DNA of 64,000 bases from Bacteroidota bacterium (GCA_018335675.1 JAGXRQ010000019.1:7006-71005), one strand, 5' to 3'. Positions 44,401 to 52,291 are shown, counted from the stretch's first letter. The notes: a model not told the origin generated them from the letters alone. Numbers and translations are program-made.

Positions 44401-44495
44401 CGCTTGGTGTTACAATCATTGGCGGGATGTTTGTCTCAACAATGATTACTCTGATATTAATTCCTGTTATTTATTCTTATTTCAATAAGGATTAA
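41424..44495 (+). CDS. Efflux RND transporter permease (AcrB family)
   Basis: YPGASA.DVEQQVT, IDNAIVVFENI, LTLTPML, MASQFES, RLRPVLMT and 12-TM topology. Confidence 0.95.
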   Translation: MKLPTLGVQHPVMTIMLFLGLFLFGALAYQMLPRDVLPDIEMPVLTVVTIYPGASAGDVEQQVTKVLETTLAGISNLTSITSQSKENVSFISLQFDWGSDLDEKANAARDMLEFGQRYLPAEAQKPILMRINSDLFPVVIYGINADESYNDLGRIVDQDISNALRRADGVGALLILGKIKKQLQVELDPFKLKAYNLSAAQVLAALKTENVSIPAGNMVVGFDDLAVTVPGEFLSIDDLENTPISSLTGTTIYLKDIATIKPGIRDKHEVARLDGLPGIGIFVQKQAGANTLEVVNAVRKQLEIIKPNLPADVTIEELMDNSELVVFTLRNLNNTIFYVAIFVIIVVIFFLRKLRSSLIIILTIPFSLIVAFIFMYISGYSVNIFSLMSLAIALGMVIDNAIVVFENISKHIEKGVPPKQAALFGTREMGGAITAATLTTIAVFFPLLFLDGIVGIMFRQLAVITAITLLASLFTALTLTPMLSSIMIKQSVVSNKSNKFYNYSEKIFIKLEDIYYSSLKAALNNRLLTVIISLVIFGSSLLLTRLIGTDYIPDFDAGDLSAVVETRIGASTEETLKLTDKIENIFRDEVHEIKSLYSLTGQSEDGILSSVGFREGKNVTTVFARIVQPEERTRTSAEIAEVLRARIAELPEVEDYVVSGGSLLSAAVLGNIRPIELKIIGTDIDELNRLAILVQDSMLATGVFANIQSTVDRGKPELRIDIDRKKASLLGLNTAMLSLQLRQSLYGASAGTMKVNNEDVQIWVRYDRKFASSPEDIENVMLLTLNGMQVPLRMVANINDGRGVLEIRRENQQRVVYIKAEPKDVSLGGATEVLKNLINNIDVPETITTEFGGQVSEQSQSFRSLYIMFVIGLVLVFMVMASQFESIKNPFIIIFTIPLSITGVIIAFYITGLTLSAVTFLGIIMLLGIVVNNGIVIVDYTNLLRSRGLKVREAIVDAGRSRLRPVLMTSFTTMLGMLPMAVSRGVGSEIWSPLGVTIIGGMFVSTMITLILIPVIYSYFNKD

Positions 44496-45148
44496 TGTCT
44501 TTCTCCAAAAATGGCTGTTCCTATTCTTACCATTGTTGAGCCTTCTTCAATGGCAATCTTATAATCATCTGTCATGCCTATTGATAGCTCCTTGAAAATA
44601 AGACTGTCTTTAAAGAATTTCTGCTTTATCGATTGGAATGTATTATAAAGACCCGCAAACTCTTTCCTGACTTGATTATGATCGTCGGTAAATGTTGCCA
44701 TGCCCATTAGTCCGCATATTCTGGCGTTTTTCAAAGTTTTGAATTCAGGGTCATTAAGTAAACTTTCCAATTCCATTATATCCATCCCAAACTTAGTCTC
44801 TTCTTCTGCTATATGCATTTGCAAAAGACAATCAATAGTCCTGTTGTTTTTTAATGCTTGTTTATTAATTTCTTTAAGAAGTTTCAGGCTGTCAACTGAA
44901 TGAATCATCGAAACAAATGGAGCAATATATTTTACTTTGTTTGTTTGTAAATGACCAACTAAGTGCCAATGAATGTCTTTTGGAAGGTCGTTGAATTTCG
45001 GGACCAGCTCTTGAACTTTATTTTCTCCAAAAAGCCTGTGTCCGCAGTTGTAAACCTCCATTATCTCTGCTTCTGTCTTCGTTTTGCTTATAACGATGAG
45101 TTTAAGCGCAGCAGGAATGTTGTCGAAGATTGTTTTGAAGTTGTTCAT
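44492..45148 (-). CDS. yggS: YggS family pyridoxal-phosphate homeostasis protein
   Basis: ISKT, FGENKVQE, WHLVGHLQTNKVK, HSVDS, LS.GM.DDY.IAIEEGSTMVRIG.AIFG. The start is set at ATG 45148 because the ORF-track extension translates the heptamer array. Confidence 0.93.
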   Translation of the reverse strand: MNNFKTIFDNIPAALKLIVISKTKTEAEIMEVYNCGHRLFGENKVQELVPKFNDLPKDIHWHLVGHLQTNKVKYIAPFVSMIHSVDSLKLLKEINKQALKNNRTIDCLLQMHIAEEETKFGMDIMELESLLNDPEFKTLKNARICGLMGMATFTDDHNQVRKEFAGLYNTFQSIKQKFFKDSLIFKELSIGMTDDYKIAIEEGSTMVRIGTAIFGERH

Positions 45149-45155
45149 GGTTTTA

Positions 45156-45214
45156 AGTCCTGAGTCCTGAGTCCCAAGTCCCAAGTCCTGAGTCCTGAGT
45201 CCTAAGTCCTGAGT
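45156..45214. repeat. Heptamer array (AGTCCTG/AGTCCCA/AGTCCTA) x8, left arm
   Basis: Read directly. Inverted relative to 45365-45437. Confidence 0.9.
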
Positions 45215-45244
45215 TTTGTTTATAATGTATATTTGTGTCTTCAG

Positions 45245-45274
45245 CAAAGTTACAAAGAATTTCAATCTCCACAA
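45245..45274 (-). promoter_or_regulatory. Putative yggS promoter (-33 TTG, 19-nt spacer, -7 TAACTTTG)
   Basis: TAACTTTG at 45252-45245 and TTG at 45274-45272, the latter supplied by a CAATC repeat unit. Confidence 0.55.
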
Positions 45275-45321
45275 TCAGAACAATCCATACAATCTTGACA
45301 ATCTTGACAATCTTGGCAATC
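45263..45321. repeat. CAATC-N4 nonamer array x7
   Basis: CAATC starts at 45263, 45272, 45281, 45290, 45299, 45308 and 45317. Confidence 0.85.
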
Positions 45322-45364
45322 TCATCGATTCCCTAGAAGGGGGAACTGCAAAAATTTATACTCG

Positions 45365-45437
45365 ACTCAGGACTTAGGACTCAGGACTCAGGACTTGGGA
45401 CTTAGGACTTAGGACTCAGGACTTGGGACTCAGGACT
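45365..45437. repeat. Heptamer array (CAGGACT/TAGGACT/TGGGACT) x10, right arm
   Basis: Read directly. Reverse complement of the left-arm units. Confidence 0.9.
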
Positions 45438-45463
45438 TTTTTCAATCCTCTTGGGTACATTAC

Positions 45464-45862
45464 CTAATTCTTCTTCCCCTTCTGCCTCTGTTTTAGCATA
45501 CAAGCACATTCGCCACTTAGTCTTTCGTTGATGTTGTGAATAAATGGCATTCCGCCTTTTTCCCATTCAACAAAACCTCCTCCAAGAATGAAAATCTTTG
45601 AAAAGCCTTTTCTCAACATTATTACACTGGCATCTCTACAATTTATTCCTGTTGAATCGGCAATAATATATGTGTCTTCTTTTGAAAGATCAGATAGTTT
45701 TTCTTCTAATTCCTCGAAAGGCACATTGATGTTTTTGGCAACATCAAAATACTTATATGCATGAAGGTATTCGTCACGAATATCAAGCATTATTGCTCCT
45801 TTTTCGCACAACGATAAAGCCTCTTTTGGGGTGAGACTTTGTATTTTTGGTTTATTATCCAT
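45464..45862 (-). CDS. Rhodanese-like domain protein
   Basis: LTPKEA, A.MLDIR, NVP..EL, GF..I..L.GG..EW. The active-site loop reads ADSTG and the C-terminus carries ECAC. Confidence 0.8.
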   Translation of the reverse strand: MDNKPKIQSLTPKEALSLCEKGAIMLDIRDEYLHAYKYFDVAKNINVPFEELEEKLSDLSKEDTYIIADSTGINCRDASVIMLRKGFSKIFILGGGFVEWEKGGMPFIHNINERLSGECACMLKQRQKGKKN

Positions 45863-45874
45863 GTTGATGAATTA

Positions 45875-47221
45875 TTATCCAAAGAAATACCCATAAAATA
45901 ATCCGGCAAGAGTTGACATTATAACAACTAAAACTACATAAACCAATGTCTTTTTAGTTCCCATTACGCTTCTTATAACAAGCATATTTGGCAATGATAA
46001 TGCCGGGCCTGATAGTAATAGAGCTAGTGCCGGTCCTTTTCCCATGCCCGATGCAATTAGTCCTTGCAAAATAGGCACTTCTGTTAGTGTTGCAAAATAC
46101 ATGAAAGCACCAATTATAGAGGCATAGAAATTCGAAGCTACTGAGTTTCCTCCTACAAGCCATTCTACCCATTCATTAGGTACTACACCCTGAATAGAAA
46201 TACCATCGTGGTGTGAGCCTAATAAAAATCCTGCTATTACGACACCAATAGCAAGTAAAGGCATTATCTGCTTAGCAAAATCCCAGGATGCTATTGTCCA
46301 TTGTTTATTATCTTCATCTGTTTTATCATAAAGTGTGATAAAACTTAATGAAGCAATTGCAACCAACATTGGAACTATAGGTGCAAGTGTGGCATTGGCA
46401 ATGAAGTTTGCTGCTAAAAATCCTGAAATGGCAGTTACTATTACTCCCCCTGCAACTAAGTACCATTTTATCTTCAAAATATAAATCAATGAATAAACTA
46501 AAAACATTGACAAAATCGAAGTTATATGCCATTTGTATGACCATATATAAAACCATGTACTTGAAGTATCGTCTGCGACAGGTTTTCCCCAGTTGGCAAA
46601 AACAAGGATTAACACAAGTGTGAAAAAGTGCAAGGAAGTTTGCCACAATGGTCGTTTTTCAGGAGGAGCAACGATGTTCATCTGCTCTTCTTTCTTTACC
46701 TTTTCTTCTTTTCTGTATATTACAGACATTATCAATCCAATAACAACACTAAAAACCACTGCACCAATAATTCTTGCAACTCCCATTTCAAAACCAAGAA
46801 TCCTTGCAGTAAGTATTATAGCTAGAATATTAATTGCCGGTCCTGAATAAAGGAATGCCACCGCCGGTCCTAATCCGGCACCACGCTTATGAATACTGGA
46901 AAATAATGGAAGAATTGTGCATGAGCAAACGGCAAGTATTGTTCCCGACACAGAAGCAATTGTGTACGACATCCATTTGTTTGCATTTGCACCAAAATAC
47001 TTTAGAACGGAGCCCTGGCTCACAAATACAGCTATTACACCTGCAATAAAAAACGCCGGCAATAAGCATAATACCACGTGTTCTCTGGCGTACCACTTAA
47101 CTAAATCTAGTGTTGCAACAATAGCAGTATTGAATCTGGCACTTTCCAATGGCAGGAAAAATGCAGCAGCAAATACTACAAGTATCCAAAACAGTATTTT
47201 GAGTTCTTTCCTTACTTCCAT
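45875..47221 (-). CDS. ArsP/DUF318-family permease
   Basis: REHV..CL.PAFFIAG, LAVCSCTILPLF, AFLYSGPAIN, YFATLTEVPI and GPALSLP. Confidence 0.88.
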   Translation of the reverse strand: MEVRKELKILFWILVVFAAAFFLPLESARFNTAIVATLDLVKWYAREHVVLCLLPAFFIAGVIAVFVSQGSVLKYFGANANKWMSYTIASVSGTILAVCSCTILPLFSSIHKRGAGLGPAVAFLYSGPAINILAIILTARILGFEMGVARIIGAVVFSVVIGLIMSVIYRKEEKVKKEEQMNIVAPPEKRPLWQTSLHFFTLVLILVFANWGKPVADDTSSTWFYIWSYKWHITSILSMFLVYSLIYILKIKWYLVAGGVIVTAISGFLAANFIANATLAPIVPMLVAIASLSFITLYDKTDEDNKQWTIASWDFAKQIMPLLAIGVVIAGFLLGSHHDGISIQGVVPNEWVEWLVGGNSVASNFYASIIGAFMYFATLTEVPILQGLIASGMGKGPALALLLSGPALSLPNMLVIRSVMGTKKTLVYVVLVVIMSTLAGLFYGYFFG

Positions 47222-47232
47222 AATCTATTCAT

Positions 47233-47949
47233 TTAAAAAAACATTATCCAACAAAAATAAACACCCATAATAATAAACAGAACAGCTACAATTCTTCTAA
47301 ACCAAATCTCAAATGTTTTTATCTTGTTATAAAAAGACCCAACACTTGAAATGCTGTATGCAATTACCCATGCAAATAAGATTACGGGCAAGCCGGTTCC
47401 AATTGAAAATACAACAGGTAAGAAATAACCGGTGGAAGCAGAAGCTGAAACTGATAGCGGAATTAATCCGCCAAAAAATAATACACCACTGAATGGGCAA
47501 AATGCTAATGCAAATACAATCCCTAGAAATAGGGAATTCCAATATGTACCTTGTTTGCTTTTGCCATCCCTGAGCTTAATATTTATTTTGGGTAAAAAGT
47601 TAAACCTGATAAAATCAAGCATAAATACGCCCATGATTATTAAAAGAGGCCCAAGAACCATAGGACCATAGTTAGTGAAAAACTGGGCAATTTTAAATGT
47701 GCTTATTCCTTGCTTTATGAAATATATCAGCACAATGCTTAAAGCAGTGTAACTAATAATTCTGCCAATCATATAGTAAAGACCATTCAGGAAAGTTTTT
47801 CGCTTGTTCTGAATTTCTTTGCTTATATAACCCATAGCTGAGATATTTGTAGCAAGGGGGCAAGGACTAATGGCCATCATAAGTCCTATTAAAAAAGCAG
47901 TTATTATCGGAAACTGAGAATTGTCAACCAGATTTTGAAGAAATTCCAT
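47233..47949 (-). CDS. ArsG-family / CcdA-like membrane protein
   Basis: AISPCPLATNI and FALAFCP.SG.LFFG conserved Cys pair. Ars-operon context. Confidence 0.85.
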   Translation of the reverse strand: MEFLQNLVDNSQFPIITAFLIGLMMAISPCPLATNISAMGYISKEIQNKRKTFLNGLYYMIGRIISYTALSIVLIYFIKQGISTFKIAQFFTNYGPMVLGPLLIIMGVFMLDFIRFNFLPKINIKLRDGKSKQGTYWNSLFLGIVFALAFCPFSGVLFFGGLIPLSVSASASTGYFLPVVFSIGTGLPVILFAWVIAYSISSVGSFYNKIKTFEIWFRRIVAVLFIIMGVYFCWIMFF

Positions 47950-47950
47950 C

Positions 47951-48343
47951 CTACTTTAAACTATCATTAATTTTAGCAATTAACTTAGTTTTCAATTCTT
48001 CTTTAGATTTATTTCTATTGTAATCACGAATGATATCAGAAACATCTATTACAGTTTCATTTTTCTTCTTTTTTGCAACAATAACAACAGTTTGTGATTT
48101 TGCATTGTGTTTCTCAACCAAATCTTTGTTTTGCTCATCTGAAATCATAACAGCCTTAAAGGTTACTTTATCGGCTGAGAAATTTGATTCAATAATTTGC
48201 TTCACTTCACCTTCAAGTTCACTACAAGCTCTTGCAGGGCAACAAGCCAGATTTGCTTTAAAATAAAGTACTTCAGCTTTTTGTGCAATTGATGCAACGC
48301 TAGAAATTGTGACAATAGCCACTGCTAATAAAATCTTTCTCAT
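47951..48343 (-). CDS. Exported thioredoxin-fold protein (ArsF-like)
   Basis: Signal peptide, EVLYF...ACCPARAC.ELE and L.EK.NA.SQTV. Confidence 0.65.
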   Translation of the reverse strand: MRKILLAVAIVTISSVASIAQKAEVLYFKANLACCPARACSELEGEVKQIIESNFSADKVTFKAVMISDEQNKDLVEKHNAKSQTVVIVAKKKKNETVIDVSDIIRDYNRNKSKEELKTKLIAKINDSLK

Positions 48344-48346
48344 GTT

Positions 48347-48799
48347 TTAGTTGTTTAGATAGTTGTTTACTTCGTTAATTATTAACTCTTTTATTTGGTT
48401 TTTATCTGAAAATACTATTGGAAAAGTTTCCATTGAAATATCAATATGCTCGTCTTTAGTTGCAATTATAAGGCTGCTGAATGCAACCTCGTATTTGTTT
48501 GTAAGCTCTTGGTTTTCCTTTAATGAAAAGTCGATTTCATAAAACTTAACATCGTCATTGTCTGAATAATATTCGCCAACAGTTTCTCTTGTAATCTTTT
48601 CAAGTTCGTTGCAAGTAGGGCATCTCATTTTTCCGTGGAAATAAAAAACCGCAACTTTTGTTTTCTCGAAATTTATTTCTTCTGCCTGCCCTTTGTTTTC
48701 CGATTTAGGATTGCAGGAAGTGAAAATCAATGCTGCAATAATTGCAAACAATGTTTTATATGCTAACACTTTAGCATTGAACACATTTCTTCTTCTCAT
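48347..48799 (-). CDS. ArsF-family thioredoxin-fold lipoprotein
   Basis: Lipobox FTSC, VFYFHG..RCPTC..LE and KYEV..SSLII. Start is uncertain (ATG 48799 or GTG 48769). Confidence 0.8.
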   Translation of the reverse strand: MRRRNVFNAKVLAYKTLFAIIAALIFTSCNPKSENKGQAEEINFEKTKVAVFYFHGKMRCPTCNELEKITRETVGEYYSDNDDVKFYEIDFSLKENQELTNKYEVAFSSLIIATKDEHIDISMETFPIVFSDKNQIKELIINEVNNYLNN

Positions 48800-49121
48800 C
48801 TTTGGCTGTTTTTGGTTGATAATCTTTAAATAGTTCACTAAATATTTTACTTGCATTTTCCCAGTTTTTGAGATTTATGCAATATTTGATAAATGGAGGA
48901 TTTATTTCACCCTGAATAAGTTCAGCGTGTTTTAATTCCTTTAAATGTTGCGAAAGCGTAGATCTTCCTATAGGCAGTTCTTCAACCAAATCTCCGCTAT
49001 AACAACATGCATCCATTGACGAAAGCTTTTTGAGTATATATACACGAGCCGGATGACTCATCGCCTTAGCAATGGCAGCAAGTTTTATATCATCTTGAGA
49101 AAACTCTATTTTCTTAGCCAT
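48771..49121 (-). CDS. arsR: ArsR/SmtB family metalloregulator
   Basis: AKAMSHPARV.IL, CC.SGDLV.ELP..RST.SQHLKELK..LIQG and YC.N. Confidence 0.9.
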   Translation of the reverse strand: MAKKIEFSQDDIKLAAIAKAMSHPARVYILKKLSSMDACCYSGDLVEELPIGRSTLSQHLKELKHAELIQGEINPPFIKYCINLKNWENASKIFSELFKDYQPKTAKDEKKKCVQC

Positions 49122-49359
49122 GAATTTCTTTCTCGATAAGCTTTTTTATTTCTTCTTTGGAAAGTAATGAACCCTTGGAAACAACTTTTTCGTTTATAAC
49201 CATTGCCGGAGTTGATAAAATGCTGTAGTTCATAATCTCAACAATGTCTTCAACTTTCGAAACTTCGGCATCGAATGCATTTTCAGCAACAACCTCGGAT
49301 GTTCTTTCTAGTAGAACTTTACACTTTTGGCAGCCGGGACCTAAAATCTTAATGATCAT
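49114..49359 (-). CDS. Small thioredoxin-like redox-active disulfide protein (MTH895/ArsE-like)
   Basis: IKILGPGCQKC, KVEDI.EI..Y..LSTPA.VIN.KVV.KG. Confidence 0.88.
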   Translation of the reverse strand: MIIKILGPGCQKCKVLLERTSEVVAENAFDAEVSKVEDIVEIMNYSILSTPAMVINEKVVSKGSLLSKEEIKKLIEKEIHG

Positions 49360-49376
49360 AATTTTTTCATTTTTAT

Positions 49377-49396
49377 ATTTCGCAAAATTACGAAAT
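49377..49396. promoter_or_regulatory. Putative ArsR operator overlapping the -7 element
   Basis: ATTTCGCAA-AA-TTACGAAAT, a 9-2-9 inverted repeat with 1 mismatch, 18 nt upstream of the operon. Contains TAATTTTG on the minus strand. Confidence 0.65.
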
Positions 49397-49533
49397 GGAA
49401 TTTATTATAGCAAATTTTTTTTGATGGAATTGTTTTTCATGTTTATAGAAGGGGGTGACAATAATCAATCTTCAATCTGCACAATCCTTTCAATCCTTTC
49501 AATCTTTTAGTTTCATATTGTGAAAACCCAAAA

Positions 49534-49686
49534 AACTCCGTAAGGGGTGGAATGTCTATAGCAATGTATTGGGTGTGTAGCAACGTGAATCCCGTAGGGA
49601 TGAAACAAAAAAAATGTTTCGTTCCTCTGGAACTCCCAATATATTTGCATTCCGTTATTCTATAGACATTTCATCCCTATGGGATT
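49534..49686. repeat. About 150-bp nested fold-back (REPIN/MITE-like) element
   Basis: Outer arms AACTCCGTAAGGGGTGGAATGTCTATAG and CTATAGACATTTCATCCCTATGGGATT. Inner arms AATCCCGTAGGGATGAAACA and TGTTTCGTTCCTCTGGAACT. Confidence 0.7.
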
Positions 49687-49751
49687 AAAGCAGGCGAACG
49701 ATTAAATTCAAATAATTTTAGAATGGCCGGTTTGCAGAGGCATTTCTCAAA

Positions 49752-49803
49752 ATTGGAACACGGATAACACAGATTATACAGATTTTCACTGATTAAAGCA
49801 TCA
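49752..49803. repeat. Copy A of the AACACGGAT...GATTTTCACTGAT-N6-ATCA repeat
   Basis: Shares GATTTTCACTGATT with copies B, C and D. Confidence 0.8.
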
Positions 49804-49897
49804 TTTAGTTACACAGTGTCACACAGTGTTTTCACAGTGTTTCACAGTTGCTTCTCTGCGTAAATCAGCGAAATCTGCGGGAGATAAGGCTCCCCTT

Positions 49898-49982
49898 CGC
49901 CCTGAAAGGGCAATATAATTCAGCCCAAAGGCAACGCCTTGGGTTATAAACGAGCGATGTGTATTTGCGCCCTGAAAGGGCA
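49898..49982. repeat. REP-like cluster: CGCCCTGAAAGGGCA x2 around the CCCAAAGGCAACGCCTTGGG hairpin
   Basis: Exact 15-mers at 49898-49912 and 49968-49982. Confidence 0.75.
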
Positions 49983-50000
49983 ACTTAGAGGGATTTTTTA

Positions 50001-50120
50001 TTGGAACACGGATGACACGGATTATTCGGATTTTCACTGATTAAAATATCAGTTTCCTCTGCGGTTTTTGCGAAATCTTCGCGGCTTTTGCGTGGAATTT
50101 TTTTTTAAGCCACAAAGACC
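50001..50120. repeat. Copy B (about 120 bp), direct repeat of 52521-52631
   Basis: Shared TTGGAACACGGAT, GGATTTTCACTGATTA, ATCAGTTTCCTCTGCGGTTTTTGCGAAATC, TTTGCGTGGAATTTTTTT and CCACAAAGACC. Confidence 0.85.
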
Positions 50121-50270
50121 TTGTCGCCATTCCTGTCACCCTTCTGTCACTTTCCTGTCACTCTTCTGAATCTTCCCAACCCCACATTATTACAATATTT
50201 GTTCATTTTGGTGGGGTTGGTTACATCGGTATATTTACATTGAATACTAATTTCTTGTTGAGTCTATCAT

Positions 50271-51062
50271 TTAAATGTTCTCAATTAATTCTGATTTCAA
50301 CCATGTAAATGCCGCATTTTGATTGTATTTCATTCCTGGTCTTAGAATGGCCTCCATGTCGCCTGTAAACTCAGCACTATTCTCCTTCTCTGCAATATTA
50401 AGTAAGAATTCCTTTTTGCTTGGTGGTCTTTTCCCTGTAGAAAACGAAATATACTCCTTAAAGCAGCTTATGATTTCTTCATAGTTTAAGTCGATATTTT
50501 GCCGTGCATAATCTAAATCAAATAAATCCCTTCCTTTGCTTCGCTGATATAATGCTCTTAGTTTTGTTCCTAAAAGTTCGTTTATATTGTAAGTTTTTAT
50601 CTCGGCCATACCGGAAACCCATTCACTTTCAACTTCAAAATGGATATCAACCCAATCAAGCACGTTGAAATGCTCCTTGCAGTTTATTTCCAGCTTCAGT
50701 CGCATTCTTATCTCTTCATATTCCGATGTGAAACGGTATAAAGCTCTAGCTCCATGACCACGAACCTGTGTAGTTCTTTTTTCCTCAAAAAAGGAAACAA
50801 CTTCTCCAATCCTTTTCATTATAGGGTTTACCGGACCTGGTTTAATTTGAACCAAATCAATATCCTCAGAATATCGTGAAGCAGGATTAAGGTATAATTT
50901 ATGTAAAGCTGTTCCGCCTCTGAATGCAAGATTTTCTCTTAGGAAATCATCAGAAAATATTTCCACCAACGTTCTTGAAATAATTAGATCCTGTTCAACC
51001 TGAGAAAATTCAATCCACGGTGCCTGTTGCTGCCACTTAGCAATAGATGGTCTTGGAATCAT
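50271..51062 (-). CDS. abiEii: AbiEii-family nucleotidyltransferase toxin (type IV TA)
   Basis: QVEQDLIISR, LAFRGGTALHKL, RYSEDIDL, KLEIN and KLRAL.QR.KGRDLFD. Confidence 0.9.
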   Translation of the reverse strand: MIPRPSIAKWQQQAPWIEFSQVEQDLIISRTLVEIFSDDFLRENLAFRGGTALHKLYLNPASRYSEDIDLVQIKPGPVNPIMKRIGEVVSFFEEKRTTQVRGHGARALYRFTSEYEEIRMRLKLEINCKEHFNVLDWVDIHFEVESEWVSGMAEIKTYNINELLGTKLRALYQRSKGRDLFDLDYARQNIDLNYEEIISCFKEYISFSTGKRPPSKKEFLLNIAEKENSAEFTGDMEAILRPGMKYNQNAAFTWLKSELIENI

Positions 51063-51850
51063 AAATCACTTTCTAATTTCACGTTAATATCAACCTTCCA
51101 TTTATTCTTAACAGCACCAGCCTTTTCATTTGATTTTGGAGACAGTAACACTGGAAAGAAATTGTTTTGCATTAAGTTATTAAATATCAATTCTTGATAG
51201 TCCTTATGCATCCCTAGTTCTTCTAATAAGAACCCAAGCCTTTGTAAAGCACTCTGGTTTGGATACCAGCTTAAAAGATCTATTAAGTCTGAATTAGTTA
51301 ATTCTTCTGATAACTCTTCAATGGTTGCAAGCATTCTATTAATTCCACCCAATTTTGTTTGATGATGTATTAAATCAACAATAGTCAATGCAGGACTTGA
51401 AATTTTGTAAATACCAGCATCTGATTTTTTCAATTGAATATTCTTATCCGGCCAATTACTTGTTGTAAAAAATCTGATATCAAGATTACTCTTTGATATA
51501 TCGTTAAGTTTTGGCTTTTCAATAATCAAGTAATCTCTTTGAACTTGTTGATGACTTGCGCCATGAAACTTTGCAGCTGAATAAAGAGCTACATAATAGT
51601 TCCTGTTTAAATATTTAAAAAGTTTCTCGCAATATAGCTGTAATGGCAATTTTTGTGCTGATGAATATCTTGGTGTTATAACAAGATAGAAGCCTTTTCG
51701 AAGACTTATGATTTCTTTTTTAGCAATTAGTCGAGATAGCTCGCTTTTTATGGAAGTCTCACTTTTATGAATATTCTCAATCAATTCATTTAATGAGAAT
51801 GAATATTCCTCGTAAGATAATAATTGTTTTATGTAATTTGCGACAGACAA
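51059..51850 (-). CDS. abiEi: AbiEi-family antitoxin (type IV TA)
   Basis: N-terminal winged HTH (LSRL..KK.I...RKGFY), YYVALYSAA.FHGASHQ, SSP.LT.VDL and QRLG.LLE. 4-bp overlap with the toxin gene. TATCTTTG -7 element at 51875-51868. Confidence 0.88.
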   Translation of the reverse strand: MSVANYIKQLLSYEEYSFSLNELIENIHKSETSIKSELSRLIAKKEIISLRKGFYLVITPRYSSAQKLPLQLYCEKLFKYLNRNYYVALYSAAKFHGASHQQVQRDYLIIEKPKLNDISKSNLDIRFFTTSNWPDKNIQLKKSDAGIYKISSPALTIVDLIHHQTKLGGINRMLATIEELSEELTNSDLIDLLSWYPNQSALQRLGFLLEELGMHKDYQELIFNNLMQNNFFPVLLSPKSNEKAGAVKNKWKVDINVKLESDL

Positions 51851-51953
51851 TCTTAGTAAATTTTAGACAAAGATACCCAAATTCAGTAATGTTGTATAAT
51901 TATTACTATTTTTTTCATAGATTTGTTTTATTACTCTCAAAGACATTAATAGC

Positions 51954-52001
51954 ACACGGATTTAACGGATTTTCACTGATTGAAGCATCAGTTATTTCTG
52001 C
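51954..52001. repeat. Copy C of the AACACGGAT/GATTTTCACTGAT repeat
   Basis: ACACGGATTTAACGGATTTTCACTGATTGAAGCATCAGT, 5 nt past the stop of the small membrane gene. Confidence 0.8.
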
Positions 52002-52006
52002 ATATT

Positions 52007-52291
52007 CTATGAGCCTGCAAATGGTGTCCCAAATAGCCCAACTGCAAGTTCTGCCCAAATGAGAAAGAATACAAGCAAAATTGCTCCACAGATTATTAAT
52101 CTGTATTTGACACTCTTTACCTTTCTAATTACTAATTCGCATAATAAACCCGTGCCTAGCAATAGAACTCCCATTATTATGAAGTCAAATATTTTCCAAT
52201 CAACTTCATTCGTAAATTGCATTGCAACTAATGGAATAAGCAGCAATATAAACACTGCTGATAGAATGATTATTAGCCTTTTGTTTTTCAT
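52007..52291 (-). CDS. Small hypothetical membrane protein (3 TM)
   Basis: 94 aa. LIPLVAMQFT.EV.W..FDF and WAELAVG.FG resemble a conserved family of unknown function. Confidence 0.75.
   Translation of the reverse strand: MKNKRLIIILSAVFILLLIPLVAMQFTNEVDWKIFDFIIMGVLLLGTGLLCELVIRKVKSVKYRLIICGAILLVFFLIWAELAVGLFGTPFAGS

Noticed and set aside
45149-45274. N-terminal extension of YggS (TQDLGLRTQDLGLG)
   Set aside because: It is the heptamer array read in frame and includes the putative promoter. YggS homology starts near ATG 45148.
49819-50037. 72-aa minus-strand ORF
   Set aside because: It is made entirely of repeat modules (IRIIRVIRVP, ALSG), so it is probably spurious.
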